This document shows positions 13,278 to 26,583 of a stretch of 64,000 nucleotides of DNA, one piece after another. Source of the stretch: Phoronis australis (lineage: Eukaryota > Animalia > Phoronida). The notes under the pieces are model-generated. The model was not told the DNA's origin and did not search any database. It was given only the letters and a program-made list of their open reading frames with translations. Where the stretch lies: NCBI GenBank assembly GCA_002633005.1, contig NMRA01000082.1, positions 1 to 64,000 on the forward strand, written 5' to 3'. Positions within the stretch are counted from its first letter, which is position 1. Every line of letters begins with the position of its first letter. The position numbers and the translations under genes are program-made.

Positions 13278-13402
13278 AAAACGTACCAAGAGAGGAGTAC
13301 ATGAAATAATATCCCACGAGACATTATTCCTTCGGTCTCGGTCGATACGCAGAATAATTCGCTTGGGATATTACTTCATGTACACCAAACGAGGTACGTT
13401 TT
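13278..13402. repeat. Imperfect palindrome / small foldback element (partial copy 13978-14055)
   Basis: AAAACGTACC..GTACATGAA..AATATCCCA pairs with TGGGATATT..TTCATGTAC..GGTACGTTTT. Confidence 0.7.
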
Positions 13403-14418
13403 TATCCCATACGCGTTGAATCTGTCGAGGGAAATACGGCCATGTAATAAAGTTTTCCGTATTCACCTCCCGCACTACTTCAACAGTGACCTCTTACATG
13501 GACAGTTCTAAAGGTAGGTCAATGTCGAATCGATGTCGTTAGCCGGTTCGATCACCAAACTTTCGGAAAATAGTTTAAAGTAATACATTAACAGTGTAAA
13601 TAGCGGTCAATGTACAATAGGGTCTCAATTGTAACATCTGGAATAGGACTGTTAATTATACAGTTCTGCCTCAGTTTTCATTTGCTCAACATTTTATCGT
13701 CTGTAACTCAGGCACCGATCCCTCGGTAACTACCACATCAAACAGTCATTATTTAACTATTTTCAGATGTTTCAAGTTCAATGAAAAGTTACCCTTGTTT
13801 CACCTTTGTTGTCTTTTTTCAAGTAATAAGTCGTCACATTTTAAACCATTTATTTTACTAGAGAAAATTTGCAGCCTAACGCGCAAGTACATACCTATAT
13901 ATAGGATGTGATCCGTCACTTGAACAGGAGAAAAAATGAAAGAAACTTAGGAATTCGAAGCGCATAGGGTTAAATACATACACAAAACGTACCGAGAGTG
14001 GCGTACATCAAGTCCTATCCCACGAGACATTATTACGCGTATCGACCGAGACCGTAGTTTCTTTCAAAATGAAAATGAAGCAATGAAATTAAGCTTGATT
14101 TGATAACTAAAACAATTGATCAAAACTCGGTCGAGCAGACAGCCGGAATACATCAGTGCAAACTTTAGCAGCCAGTCTCGGATCGCAAACTTTATCGGCC
14201 ATGTGCCACAATAGTTGGCACTGCAGGGTTATGGGTCGACAAACCGAATCTAGAGATCATCAGAGGCTAGACTGGTAAATTGCTTCACTGAAATCTTTGG
14301 CTGGCAAATATCGAATAATGGGAGTAATTTCAAGGTTTCAATTTTATTAAGTAATTCTCTCACCAGTAGCGCGCGTCAGGGTGCATATAGAAAAGGGAAT
14401 ATGATAACAAAAACTCAC

Positions 14419-14673
14419 TAGTTTTAACCGTCTTCGTTTTTGAAACTATGTAATTCCAACGTGAAAATGTTTTTATGGCAACGGCGTACTCAGTTCCAGG
14501 AATCAAGTCATCGAAACGTGCTTTGGTAGCAGCCCCGTCAGTAAAGACGAAATAGGTGCCACATGAAACTTTGCATTTGTCTTTAGGTCCAATTCCTGCA
14601 GTCCAACTGATTTCAAGGGCTGTGTCACTCCTTACCACAGTGGTAATTGTAGCTGGAGTCATTTTTGGAGTTC
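14419..14673 (-). CDS. FN3 domain exon (type A)
   Basis: ccag acceptor, gtgagt donor, 255 nt phase 1-1; GTPKMTPATIT..LEISWTAG..DLIPGTEYAVAIKT..VKT. Confidence 0.8.
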
Positions 14674-14728
14674 CTGGCATGGGACACAAATGTGAAATAT
14701 GTACTTAAGAAGTTAGCCGCAGTTTTAA

Positions 14729-14967
14729 AGGCGAAGGCAACCCTTTTTCATGTCATTTTTAGCAAAAATAGGTTTCGTTGATTATCCCAGACATATTTTT
14801 CACTTACTTACAGCTTTTCGTAATTTAATTAATTACTCGTCGTCTACTCCGGAAGTGACATTTTGGGAGGCAAGAATTTCGCGCCAATTTTTTTTCATAC
14901 AATCTGACTGTGAGAGCAGTCGAGTCAATCATTGTTCTACCTCGGTTGTGATAAGTTCGGTCGTCGT
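14729..14967 (+). mobile_element. Truncated left end of Kolobok family A
   Basis: TTAA (14725-14728) then AGGCGAAGGCAAC..., colinear and similar to 1178-1415; no right end seen. Confidence 0.85.
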
Positions 14968-15374
14968 GCAGTTATTTTGTTTTGAATATGAAGTCTGTAA
15001 TATTGACTTTTGGTTTTCCTCACTGCCATGAGTCTCTGTCACATTTTACATCAGCTGACACCTCACCCGAGATCGGCCCATTGCCAATTAGAGCGTAGAT
15101 CCATTAAGACCAATAAAAACAAATGCAACGTCGCGCTCAACAAAACCTGTCTCAATATACGGCATAGACAAATCCGGAAGGACACGCACTCTTTGTGCAA
15201 TGACGTCGGTCGACTTACTACAGTTAGACAGTCACTTATGAATTTCGTTTACAATTTATTTTATGTGACTAGTACGCCATACTTCTGACCCGTAGGATAC
15301 AATGGTTGATGTCAATGATTCAAACCATTTAAAGGCGATAAATGCAATTCTAGTAAAACAGAGAAATCGTTCCC

Positions 15375-16030
15375 TGCAGATAGGTTAAAATTGAATGATG
15401 GTAAGAGACGTTTCGGCCTCGTGCACAAGGCCATTACCGATAACTGGAGTATCTGGAGTACATTCCGTCGTACGCTTGAAAAAAGATGTCACTGTGGAGG
15501 GGAGACAATTCAGCACCACGTTCTTGTTTTAAAAATGAGCGCTGTCGTGCGATTTTGATAGATTCCATGATTCAGCGTGCGTGCCAGTTCTGCTCCTTGC
15601 CAGTGATCTTGGCGAAAGTAAGAGAGACAGAATATCTAGTGGCCTACATGTATGTTAGCTCACCTAAGGCAGTCGGTCTGTCGAGTTTCCGTGTTCATTA
15701 AACCTGGTTCTAAATGATCTTTTTGTTTCCTCAATAAAAGTGACGCGATTTCGGTCACAGGTAAGCTGGTAAAAATAAAAGTTTGCTTCCCTATCGGTTT
15801 TTAGTATTTAGGTGTAACGAGCAAAGAACGAAGGATGTTAACGAGTTTAATAAACGAAGAGATCCCATAAGTTTTGTGTGTGCGTGGGAGACCTTCAGAA
15901 AGCCTTTTTATGTAAGCGATGGTGACAGACGGACCAACTGGTTCTTCAGCAGGTTTACTGCGAGTATTAGCTCGTAAAGCATTCTCAACTTGGTCAACCT
16001 CTTCGATATAGTCGTAAAGTCCCATGACAT
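15375..16030 (-). mobile_element. Penelope-like element 3' fragment (RT-GIY-YIG linker, endonuclease remnant, pLTR)
   Basis: VTIAYIKRLSEGLPRTHKTYGISSFIKLVNILRSLLVTPK resembles the Penelope IPY..SE..KP.NTLRS.L..PK linker; RSFRTRFNEH GIY-YIG remnant at ~15690-15720; pLTR-type GGCC..GGCCGAAACGTC at 15407-15432. Confidence 0.7.
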
Positions 16031-16744
16031 AACGTTCAGTTAAAAAAATTACAACACACGGCTATGGTTTCCTGTCTGCATTTCGCGGGAAAATGTTGCT
16101 GGATGATCACAAAACATATCCAAACTCCCCGCGACCGTCCTCGGTGAGTTGGCCTACCGAACACTGTAGGCTACGCTACATGTAGGTTCAAACTTTCTAT
16201 ATATCTGTAGCAGTTATATATCACAACTCGTTTGCTGAAAACATCAGTGGTGTAAAGGGATGAAATCAAGTGTGTTGTGAAATGCCGAACAGACTGTGTT
16301 AGAACTTGCGACGTCACCTCTGTATACCGTCTAGTGTCAGGTAGGAGAACTGCGCATGCTGTTAACAAGTAGAGCTACTCGATCCAGCTTTATACAAAAT
16401 ACATTGTTTTGGTGGTCCGCATTTCAAAAAAAATAATCAGACCAGCGACTGCAGTTTAATGGCATGTTGTACTTATCCCAGCGATACAGCTGCACTTCAC
16501 AAACTCCGACTTCAGAATGACTCAAACCACGAGGTCTCCAGAGAACCCGCGTGGACATTGGCATATCAATGATCAGCCAACAAATAGCCTCAAGTAGACG
16601 TCACAGTGGACATCAGAATAGGAATAGTGACTCGTGCAAACGGGCAACAGCCTGTCCCGCCACAGTGGCATTCTCTTTTAACGATATGTCGCAGAGGTTG
16701 ACAAAGTTGATGATGCGTTACGAGCTAATGGTCGTCGTAAAGGT

Positions 16745-16985
16745 GTTGAAAATCCGGCTAGTCCCTCTGTCAAAATCCCTTACATGAAAGGGATGTCTGA
16801 AGGTCTCTAACACACATACAAACCCTTCGTTCATGGCTTGTTAGAGCTATAGACTAAACCCCCATGGAGAGGAAATCCTGTGTTAATAGTTAGCACGGCT
16901 GGAAATGCACTTCAGTCATCGACAAAGGCCTGGCCGACCAGGCCGAAAGTCTATTACCATTCGTCAATTTTAGTCTCTCAGTAAG
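16745..16985 (+). mobile_element. Second Penelope-like fragment, inverted relative to 15375-16030
   Basis: PSVKIPYMKGMSEGL..TYKP at ~16760-16825 and GGCCTGG-CCGA-CCAGGCC-GAAAGTC...ATTACCATTCGTCAATTTTA matching the reverse complement of 15380-15432. Confidence 0.6.
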
Positions 16986-17420
16986 TGCCTTCGCTATATT
17001 TTCCAATGTCATCGAGAGGCAATGATCAAGTATTTCCTCAATGCACTTCGACTAAAGTGCACGTTTGAAACAAACGCTATTTTACGAAATCCAATGCTTT
17101 GCTTGCCCATTGTGCAAAATACATCTGTTTGCTTAGCTGTACCATTTTGAGCACGTGGTCCGTTGTGTCCATATCGACTTCGTGGCGACTTGCGATTATG
17201 ATCAGGTCGCCAAATCTAATCTGAGATTACCTAGGCTGGCAAAGTATTGGCGCCAAAGTCACTTGTTAGTAAGAAGGTATACTTGGACAATGAGAGAAAA
17301 GTCAGTGTTTCTATTCCACCGACCAAGATTCTTACACCAAGTGCCTCTCCAGTAAGCTGCATAATGGCACGCGCAGCAATTGGCGCCTATAGACAAGAAC
17401 ACATGGTAATAAGTACTCAC

Positions 17421-17672
17421 CTGACGTGTAAATTAGGATCGTGTTTGAAACTGCGTCTTCCCACCCTGCCTTGACTGTTCTTACAGTAACATTGTATGGA
17501 GTTCCACTAGCCAAGCCAGTGCAATCCATTTGCTCAGCAAACTTATCTGCAATGAAGTGAAATTCGCCGCAAGACACAATGTAGTTGTTTTTATCTCCAA
17601 ACGCTTGAACCCATTGCATCTTAAGTTCTGTGTCTCTACCCTCGCAATACAAAGCACGAACTGGAGCGAGTT
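17421..17672 (-). CDS. FN3 domain exon (type B)
   Basis: tttccag acceptor, gtgagt donor, 252 nt phase 1-1; ELAPVRALYC..MQWVQA..NYIVSCG..CTGLASGTPYNVTVRTVKAGW. Confidence 0.8.
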
Positions 17673-17734
17673 CTGGAAAGGTAGAGGCATATACAATTAT
17701 AAGTGTTAACACAGGGTTAAGCATGGAAAGTACA

Positions 17735-18095
17735 GCTGCCACAACACGCACCGCAGCACTCCACATACACCACAACACCCTTCCAACTTCACATCATGCC
17801 ATACTTACCACAACACATCTCAAACTCCCCACAATTCCTTCAGGAGATCACAACTCCCCAGAAGCTACAACACCTCGCACACTCACAACATCCCCAGAGA
17901 AGACACAAAACCCCTGATAAGCCACAACACCCCAGGTCAGCCACAGCACCCCAGATATGCCACAACACCCCCAGATAAGCCACACCACCNCACCCCCCAA
18001 ATAAGCCACAACACCCCAAATAAGCCACAACACCCCCAGATAAGCCACAATACCCCCAGATAAGCCACAGCACCCCCAGATAAGCTATAACACAC
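17735..18095. repeat. ~20-bp minisatellite (GATAAGCCACAACACCCCCA)n, degenerate leftwards, contains N at 17990
   Basis: Tandem units directly visible. Confidence 0.9.
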
Positions 18096-18759
18096 AGGAT
18101 AAGAAGCAACACAACAGGAAATAGTGATTGCTTCTAACTATTTATATGTCAGTATTAGTATACGCCAGCCGGTCAGGTGTAATACAGAAGCACAAGCCAG
18201 GACATTTCTGGCATAATATTCCCAAACAAGGCACTAAAAAACTATATTGAGGCTGCGTGCAGAATAAATTGATTGGCATCAGGCCCGACTATGCCGTCGA
18301 AGATACTTAATTGTCAACAAACAAGTGGAAAGATAAGTTACACAATGAAGCTGTGAGCGTGCATCCAGTGGCCACTGTCAAAGTCCTCTGACTCGCCTTG
18401 GAAAAAGAGTACCACCGTGTGCCTGAGAGTATTTCTCAGGGAAAATTGCAAAATCTCAACACTGCTGAGCACCAAAAACGCTGACACCGAGCAACGCTGT
18501 TCCCATGTGACCTTTCACCGTACTTAGTGAAGTTGGGGAAAATGTAACAACTTATTCTTCTTAGCCTACATGAACTAGTCATCATCAGGCTAGGAAATAC
18601 ATAAGCGACTTCACGAACCGTACGAGACTCGACTTACAACTTCCCACGAAGCCTAACCTTTCAAGTACCATCATTAAATACGGCCAAATATGGACCTGGT
18701 ATCTTCAATTATGTCTTCCTTAAATTATGGAGCTCTCTAAACGATGCCATTAAATATCA

Positions 18760-20050
18760 TTCAATCAATCAATCAATAATAATTTACATTTATTTTAGTG
18801 ACCTGTAGCAATTTCTACCCAGCCTTAACTTGGGCTTATACGTCACCGTTTCCAAAGAGAGCGTACAAAAATAAGCAAATCGTACACGTGCACAATGACA
18901 AAAAGAAAATCATCGGATCAATTTTCTCAATCATTATTAATTAAGTAGAAAACATCAACTTATCTCGCCTGAGAAATGCATCATAAATAAAATTGATAAT
19001 TATTTACTCACAGTGGGGTTAGCCATCAAGTAAATAAACTGATTCTGAATTCCTAGCTCACTAAATGATGGGCAGATCCACATGACCTCTGCAGATAACC
19101 GGATCTGATATTATTGTGGAGAGTGCACGAGCATTCACACAAACGCTCCTCAAGCAGAGTAAAAAATACCAAACTGCCAACGGCAAGACTCCACATCTAA
19201 ATTGAGAAAAGAGGAATTTTTTCTCTAAAAATGCTCATTTTTAAATGAAGCTCTGTTTGATAATTAATTACAAATAATTCATAAGTTCGTAGCTTTTGTT
19301 GGCTCAAAATTTCGCCCTTCATTCAGACTCGGAGAGATTCATCATTTTTTTGGCATTTAGAGATTATAAGCTGACGTTTGATAAAATGCTTCAATCTGAT
19401 CAACATCAGTAAAAATTTGAAAAACTGTTTTCGACCAATTTTTTCTTTTCCGTTTGTGAGGTCCAAGTAAAATACTTGCTTTGTGAGACAATTTTTAGAC
19501 ATGCAAATAAGTCTATTCCAGAGCTCTGATACAAACAATTTCCTTCAAAACTATACTAGGCATTCACCCCATATCTTCCTTCATCGCGGCAATTGGAGTA
19601 AATCTGTGAACCCCAAGAAAATATCGAATGGCCCGATTTTGGATTAAATCACTCTGAGGAAAAAACCGTGCTCCACAAACATCATCACGATAATCAAGTA
19701 TTGAGGAAAAAAACGCATCATATAACGTGGGGTATGTCTTGAACCCAACATCACGCATGCGCTTGAATTTGGAGACCATAGTACCAATAAAACGGCCACC
19801 AGATGCTTCTAGTGCGGCAGCGGCTTGTTTAAATATCAAATGTTCATCAAAAAGGACACCAAAATATTTATGCTGACTCACAACAGGGATTGGGGTATTC
19901 GTATAACTGGGGACAAAGTTAGTCAGCCTCACTCGGAGTTTTCGAAACTGCTTACAATGTAACTTCAGTTTTACTCAAATCCAGATCCATTCTCCATTGT
20001 TTACACCAAGTGGACTGTGCAAAAGATCCAGCACAGCCTGCATGTCATAT
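18760..20050 (-). mobile_element. LINE (non-LTR) 3' remnant, RT C-terminus
   Basis: HKYFGVLFDEHLIF..FKTYPTLYDA..ILDY..QNRAIRYFLGVHRFTP; LFSQFRCGVLPL at ~19170-19215; AATAAA and (ATTG)n tail at ~18760-18795. Confidence 0.75.
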
Positions 20051-20074
20051 TCACGAGACATGGTGACATGGTGA

Positions 20075-23000
20075 TCAAGTCAAAGAAGGAACGTTTTTAG
20101 CAAAGAGCAAAAAGAAGCAACAATTCATTCAATTCTTGTCAAATTCACTAGGAAATGCACAGTGGTACAAGCGCAAGGTGACGCAGATGTTTAAGAGCAA
20201 TTCCATATAAAAACCAGATGCAGGGCTATATATGCAAAATCACCAATTTTTTTGAAACTTAGCATATCAGCTGGCCTTGTCAAAAGAAACCTGAGCCTGA
20301 ATTTTTAAGAGTTTCCGAGTTTTTTTTAACCCTTTTTACGACCACTTTGTACTTTTTCGGAAAAATAGCAAATAATAGCACTTGGAAGTAGGTGACTTTT
20401 TGTCAGCAACAACTCATCATCGCTTCACGCTATAGAAAAAAATAACTATATAGCAGAAAGAAGAAAGAATAACGTACAAGAAAAACTAGTTCGGATGGAT
20501 TTTTTGATTTTTTATGTCCTCCCATTTTAGCCTACAAAAATGTCACTTTCACTGCTTATTATTAAGGCCATTTTTACGCATTTTTATCACTCTCCCAAAT
20601 CTATATCGGATTCTTTTGGAACATGAGTTAACTTCCATCTGTTACTGCTGTCCTTGTTCAGCCCAACGCAAGAATAAAAAATCTTGTCGCTTTCATAGTT
20701 TTTGTGCTGTCAGTTTTTAACATAACTCACTTACACACTTTTTTGCCAATCTGTGACTGTCAGTTTAAAAGACTCTAGGAGGCGCTACTCGATTGTGCAA
20801 TTATCTATCGACCAAGATGCCAACTAGAACAAATATCATTAGTTTTGCTACATTAGTGACGAAGGAGATCATGGGAAGCTGTATGAGAGATTTTTTCTTC
20901 GCGGATTTTCAATTTTGCTGGTGCAAAAATAAAAATTTGTTAGAGGATTACAGAAATCAAACAAGTCAATTTTAATGTACTTATGAGTTAATAATACAAC
21001 CCCATCACCATCTCATACTTCAGAGAAGCAGGTTTTATTCTTATGCCCATTACCCATTGCTTGGCCAGTTTTCAAACACCGTAACTGACTAAGAATCCCA
21101 CGCACTGCCTGCAGTGCATGCTGGTCCATTTTCAGACCTCCTGGACAAATCCCTGTATATGCGCATGAAAAAGTCCTCTAAACTATTAGCAAAGTTCATA
21201 CTAAAACTAGTCAAGATCTTCGAGATCACACGTGAAAAGAGGACGGTGGATACGATCAGAAGTGTCATGTTACTGGACATACAAAGTGTCACGCAATGCT
21301 TCTTGTACTACACAAAAGCGACCGAGCATGGTGGCAGTGCGCCAGTGGAATTTGCAATCTCAGAAAAATAACAGGTACGGATATTTACGATTGAAAACAT
21401 AATACTTTCAGTGATATCCAAGATACCGGCTTTCCAAACCAGTATTTAAGCAATTGGGTGTTGTTGCGACTTACCAGCTAAAAGTTTCCCAAAATGTAAA
21501 TTCCGTTCATGCGGCGGACTCAAAACCACAGTTTCTTGAAGGTATGCTAGGTTTAGTGTATGATGCATTTCTACACAACACTTCAAAAAAACGCATTTTG
21601 TTTGAAGAAAACAAGAGCTACTGAAACACAAAGTCTTTTTATTTTGCTCAGCACACATGTCTAAGATAGACGTTTCTCAAAACTAGATAATCACTCCTTC
21701 AAAAATCTCAGTAGTTTCAAGAGAATTAATCATGTAAAAAGTATGCTTTACGAGTCTCAAACTGAACAAAAAAACGCTAGTAAAAAGTGACAGAAGATTT
21801 CAATGTTGACCATCAGTGGCTTGGATTATTTTCCCCAAACGGCCACCACTCAAATCTCTCCCCCATGGAAGCCCCTAATTCGCATCATATTCCTTTTTTT
21901 TCAATTTCGCTCAGGGTGGACTCCAGTCCCCTAGCTACGATAATGATGACCACAACAATATCGTAAGAATAGACAACAACTAAAACAAGTTCATGATTTC
22001 CTACAGTTTATGATGATAACTCATTCATGACTTCAAGCTCCAACTCATTCATTGAGGCAAACTCGTGGGCAGCAGCAGCATCAGCACCTTCAATATTCTG
22101 AATATTTCCGATTCGAGACGCGGCAACCATACGGGAAAAATCCAGCAATCTGCTACTCCGACAGCCACTCTTCAGAGGAGAAAACTTTTCTTTGCTTATT
22201 CCTAGCTTCTCGCATCATCTTTTCGCAACCTCGGATGGCTGTTGTTTTCTGTCTGACTGTTCACCTTCAGAAAATATATCACTGGGACCAGTGGGTTAAG
22301 TCTTTAACTTCTCAGAGAAGGTGACCGCTTTTCTAGTACTTTTCAGGGCCCAATCCTGCGGCGACTTGATCAACAACGTAAACGGCAGACAACTCAGGTG
22401 ATGATACAGCTGTGGTAGTGACTAAAATCTCAGATTGTCTTGAAATGTGGACGAACTGAGTCTCGTTCTGGAGGGATGATGAATGAGCACCAACATCCAA
22501 GTGCTCACTTAGCTCAGCATCTGTAGGAAAAGATTTCGAGCACCCATAGTGTGTGCATGTGAACTTCGTATGACGTTCACGGGATACCAGCCCCGACTCC
22601 ACCCTTGGAGTTATAAAACACTCGAGTGTTGCAAGGTCAAGACTTTTCAGAGGCAACAGTTTACATGACTTGTTGATGACAAGTTTTCCCTCCCCTACTC
22701 TATGGGCCTTCCATGCTCGAATGCCATCTGCGGAATACTCAAAGTTTGTCAGCAAACTTATCCCTGGTACACTGTGCTTGGGAAGGACCTTTGGGGCATT
22801 CACACTACAGGACGACACCTAACAGCCTTTGACATCTCCTCTAGACTCTAGCGCATGTTTCAGGTCGACTGAATTTTGAACGTTGTTGCCTTCATTGACG
22901 AAGTACTTGGCATGGACCTTCAAGGGTGCGATTTTCCTGTCACACATGTCTTTTCCCTTCCGACTTTCACTGAAGTCGTAACGCAGAATGGAGATGCCGG

Positions 23001-25520
23001 TGTTACCAGATATGTAGAACAAATGAATCAGAAGGGCGGCTGAATGGTAACAATTGGCATTGTCGGAGCGTAGGAAAGCTTCCGTTATTTGTGGATCCCT
23101 AGCTTTCACCTGCCTTAGCACATCTAGCGTTAAACAGCAAACAGTGAAAAAGTCTTGCTTGCAGGCATCAAGAGTATGGATGTAAGTATGTACCTGAAAT
23201 ACAATAATTATGTAACTCAAATAGGTCAGCTAGTTTAAAGAACTACCTTATTAAATCTTATTACCACCTAAACCGCAATCACACCACTCAACTTCAAACA
23301 TTTCGTCTCAACACGGTTATTATATCAGTAGCTCCTTCAAAATATTTCTAGGAAGGGGGAAATTTATACCCTTCACAAAGATATGAAAATCATCCATAAG
23401 TACAAAATGGCTTCAGTTAAAATGAAGGCTTGTGTGCAAAATCTACTAAGAGAAAAATAATGCATCACTGTCAAGCTTTTGTAGGGAAATGGCAAGAAAA
23501 AGACTAGACACACTCCCTGTATCTCGTACTGTTACAGTAAATCAATATACTAAAAAGAGGTAAAGGCAACAACATTGTTCATCATTGGCTTTCTGTTTAA
23601 TGTTGATCACATCTGAGAATTACTTTGTAACACCTTGAATACTAATTGAGGATTTATTTTTACCTGATGACTTTCACCTTTCTTCGTGATACAAGCCGCC
23701 ACGTGCCATGACATCCTTTTTATCAAACCAGTCGGACTGTGCTTCACGGAAACTGATGGGTATGAACTTCATTGCAAAATCCATTACAACCAAAACTTGG
23801 TGTGGGGTGAAAGATGACATCAGATCCTGTTTTGCTTGTTCCTGGTTTATCCCTCTGACAATATTCTGTGTGTTCGTGATAACAGCACGTCAGTTTTTGT
23901 CTAAAACCAAGTCCAAACTCATGTCGATGTGTAAAATATATAACGGCACATTTCCATTGGTTTGTCAGTCCAACCTCCTATCTCCAGCTCTGGCAAGAAT
24001 CAGCTGTAATTCCGATATAGTTTCAAACTTCTGTGGTACTTTGCACGACCTCAGATGACTTCTGACGTCTTTAACAAACCTAATGAAGGCCAGATTTCCT
24101 CCGCGATCACACGTATGTAACGAAAATTGACCAAATGTACAAGAAGGAAATTCCTCCATATTCTTTGCAGTGACAGGAAGTGCATGTAATCTCGAACCCT
24201 AAAGTGTTATTGGTAAAGTTAAACAAAGCATATGGAGTGTTTTTGAAAATTGAGGTCTCAAAAGTGAAATCTAAATTTTTGTGATATTGCATTGTTGATA
24301 TTAGATCATATATTTTAGTTGATATCTCTAAACTAAAAGAGTAGCCTCAACTCTCCTGTCAGTCAGAGTAAGATCACATCACAAAAATGCCCAAATTCGA
24401 GGGCCACGTTTAAACCTAAGTATATAAGAGACAAGTTTTTTTAAAAGCAATTATCAACGTTCAATCTTAGAAGTGTCTACAAAGAGAATTTCAACTTCAA
24501 ATATATTCCGATATAGCAGGCAGGTTAAGCAACATCTTGCCACTTGTGACTGGCCTGAAAAGTGGTCTTGGAGTTTTCTCCGCTGCTGGAAATTTAATTG
24601 TACCTATGAGTTGCAAATTTCATTTTCTAACTAACCTTGCATGAGTCTTTATGACCATCAATGTCAAACTTTGTCACCAGTTTTCCAAGTCTGATTTTTT
24701 GCCGTTCAAAAAATGCAGTTTTACTGACATGAAAAAATGCAAAATATGACTTTATTCAAATAGGTCATATCTCGGTAACCAAAGGTCATTGAGTGCAAAT
24801 ATTGCAGCAGTGTACTTTGGGCCAGCATCCCAACACATGCACAAAGTATTAGTTCTGTATGAATTTTTGAGTATATAGTAATTTTTCATTTCCATATGGT
24901 TTTTATATGGAATCATTCTTAAATTGTAGAAACAGCAGTAAAGAACGCAGCACAAGGTCCAACTACCCTTATTGCAGACGATACAGGCTTGTTGGTTCTT
25001 TTGTGTAACCACGCAACTTCACAACGAATTCCAATGTTCATGAAAGTTGACAAGAGACACCAAAGCAATGGGAGAGTCTGAGACATCAAGAAACTACAGT
25101 TGGCTCTTGGTGCCGAAACTTGCACAGTTTTGCCATTTGCGCATGCAACACAACATTAATGGCTGTTTGGTATTAGCAAAGGCTCTCCCATTCAAGATAC
25201 TGTGTGATCGACAATACTGCAAAAAACTCTAGTAAGGGTATTCACTAGACCCATGCAGCTGAAGCAAGACATATTTTGAAGCTTGTAAGAGTTATGTCTG
25301 TGCTTTATGGCGGCACAGGCTCTGGGAATTCGGATGAATTGCGGTACAGGCGATTTGTGGACGAGGTGTCAGACTAGCCCCAGTCCAAATACAGTCATTA
25401 TCACTAACTTTCTTCGGTAGCTAAATTCCATGCTGCCAGGACATATTATCAAAAGCAAAAATGATCAAGTTTCCGTGTTTGTGGCCTAGACTCGCTGGCA
25501 GGTGGAAAATTCATTCCCAC
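20075..25520 (+). mobile_element. AcademX-like transposon remnant (XPG/PIN-like region), split by Sola3 insertion
   Basis: 20075-20190 gives KQQFIQFL..TVVQAQGDADV and 24923-25520 continues IVETAV..TTLIADDTGLLVLL..LPFAHA..LFGISKG..LYGG..DELRYRRF..AKFHAARTYYQ, motifs typical of the XPG-like domain of Academ proteins. Confidence 0.65.
20195..24918 (-). mobile_element. Sola3 DNA transposon, decayed, intron-containing transposase
   Basis: TTAA at 20191-20194 and 24919-24922; short TIR (GAGCAATTCCATATAAAAACC vs reverse complement GAATGATTCCATATAAAAACC); transposase motifs MDFAMKF..FREAQSDWF..WH (23690-23800), LRSDNANCYH..FSESRKGKDMCDRKIA (22819-23193), C2H2 FTCTHYGCSKSF..HLDVGAH; GT-AG intron 23194-23663. 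Confidence 0.85.
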
Positions 25521-26583
25521 GACGACGGATACCATTTATGCAATAAAATCATCTGTTGCATTTTTCCGGGTCATCCATAGAATGACTGTACTAAAAGCAA
25601 TTACCTGGTTCAAGAAAAATAGAATGGAGGCAAATCTATACAAATTTCATTCTACATTTATTCATGACCCAAAACATGTATCCAGGGTTGTTGTACTGGT
25701 TGAACTCAAACAAAATCACCAGTGATCTGGACTTTAGATTACTTTGTGTCGTACTCGATGAGGACCTGAGTGTTGACAACAATGTTAAAGTTTTATGTCC
25801 AATAGCAGGAGCTGATCTCAACGTTTTACAGCGTCTGGCTAGGACTCTAGACTTTAGCTGCCAGATATGATTTTTCGATGCTTTACATAACGCCTTTTGG
25901 TCGTGATAGACTGGCCTGAAAAATCCTCCCCTCATTTTTGGGTCAGTCAAATTTCCTGAGTAAACCGCATGCCTTTATTTTGCCGGTAACGTGCGATTTC
26001 ACGCAAATATACATTAGCTGATGGCATTAAGATAAGAGTTACCTAACGAAACAACGCGTCTGTTTTCACTTTTTCACTATTCTGGTGGATTTAAACCAAT
26101 AGGAGATTCGAAAGCTTCATCAAAGTTTGACCTCGTTAGGTGCTCTCTGCGCAAATTTCGGTGGAGTTTTAGTTGAGTTCGCTTCGTTTAGATCAGCCGA
26201 GTTTGAAGTAACTGTTAGTACATGTTTCAAAGCGCTTTCCTTTATTTTGAATTTTATATCTTCCATTAGGAATTTAATTTACACTGATAATTTCAAAGTA
26301 GTTACTTAGAAATTAGCATGGACTATCAGTAAACCAGATTTAAAATTCATGAGAAAGTAACAAATTTTACGAATTTATGAACCCGCAACGGTCTAATTTG
26401 CTCAGTGCCACAGTAATCCGTTCTCGTGGGTGAGCTGTATAGTTTCGTTCTTTTTGCCGTTTCGAATTGGGTGACCGTGCTCAAGCACTTCCATTTTTGT
26501 CACTGAAGTCATGACTCAAGTTGTTAAACCAGTATTGTCCGTAGCGACACAAATGGAAAGGGCACATGACAACAAAAACTCAC

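Noticed and set aside
5527-18095. CRISPR-like arrays
   Set aside because: Repeats are head-to-tail without unique spacers, no cas genes, eukaryotic context.
17630-18112. Hydrophobic/Gly-rich ORFs (YLGVLWLIWG repeats)
   Set aside because: Translations of the 20-bp minisatellite containing an N gap.
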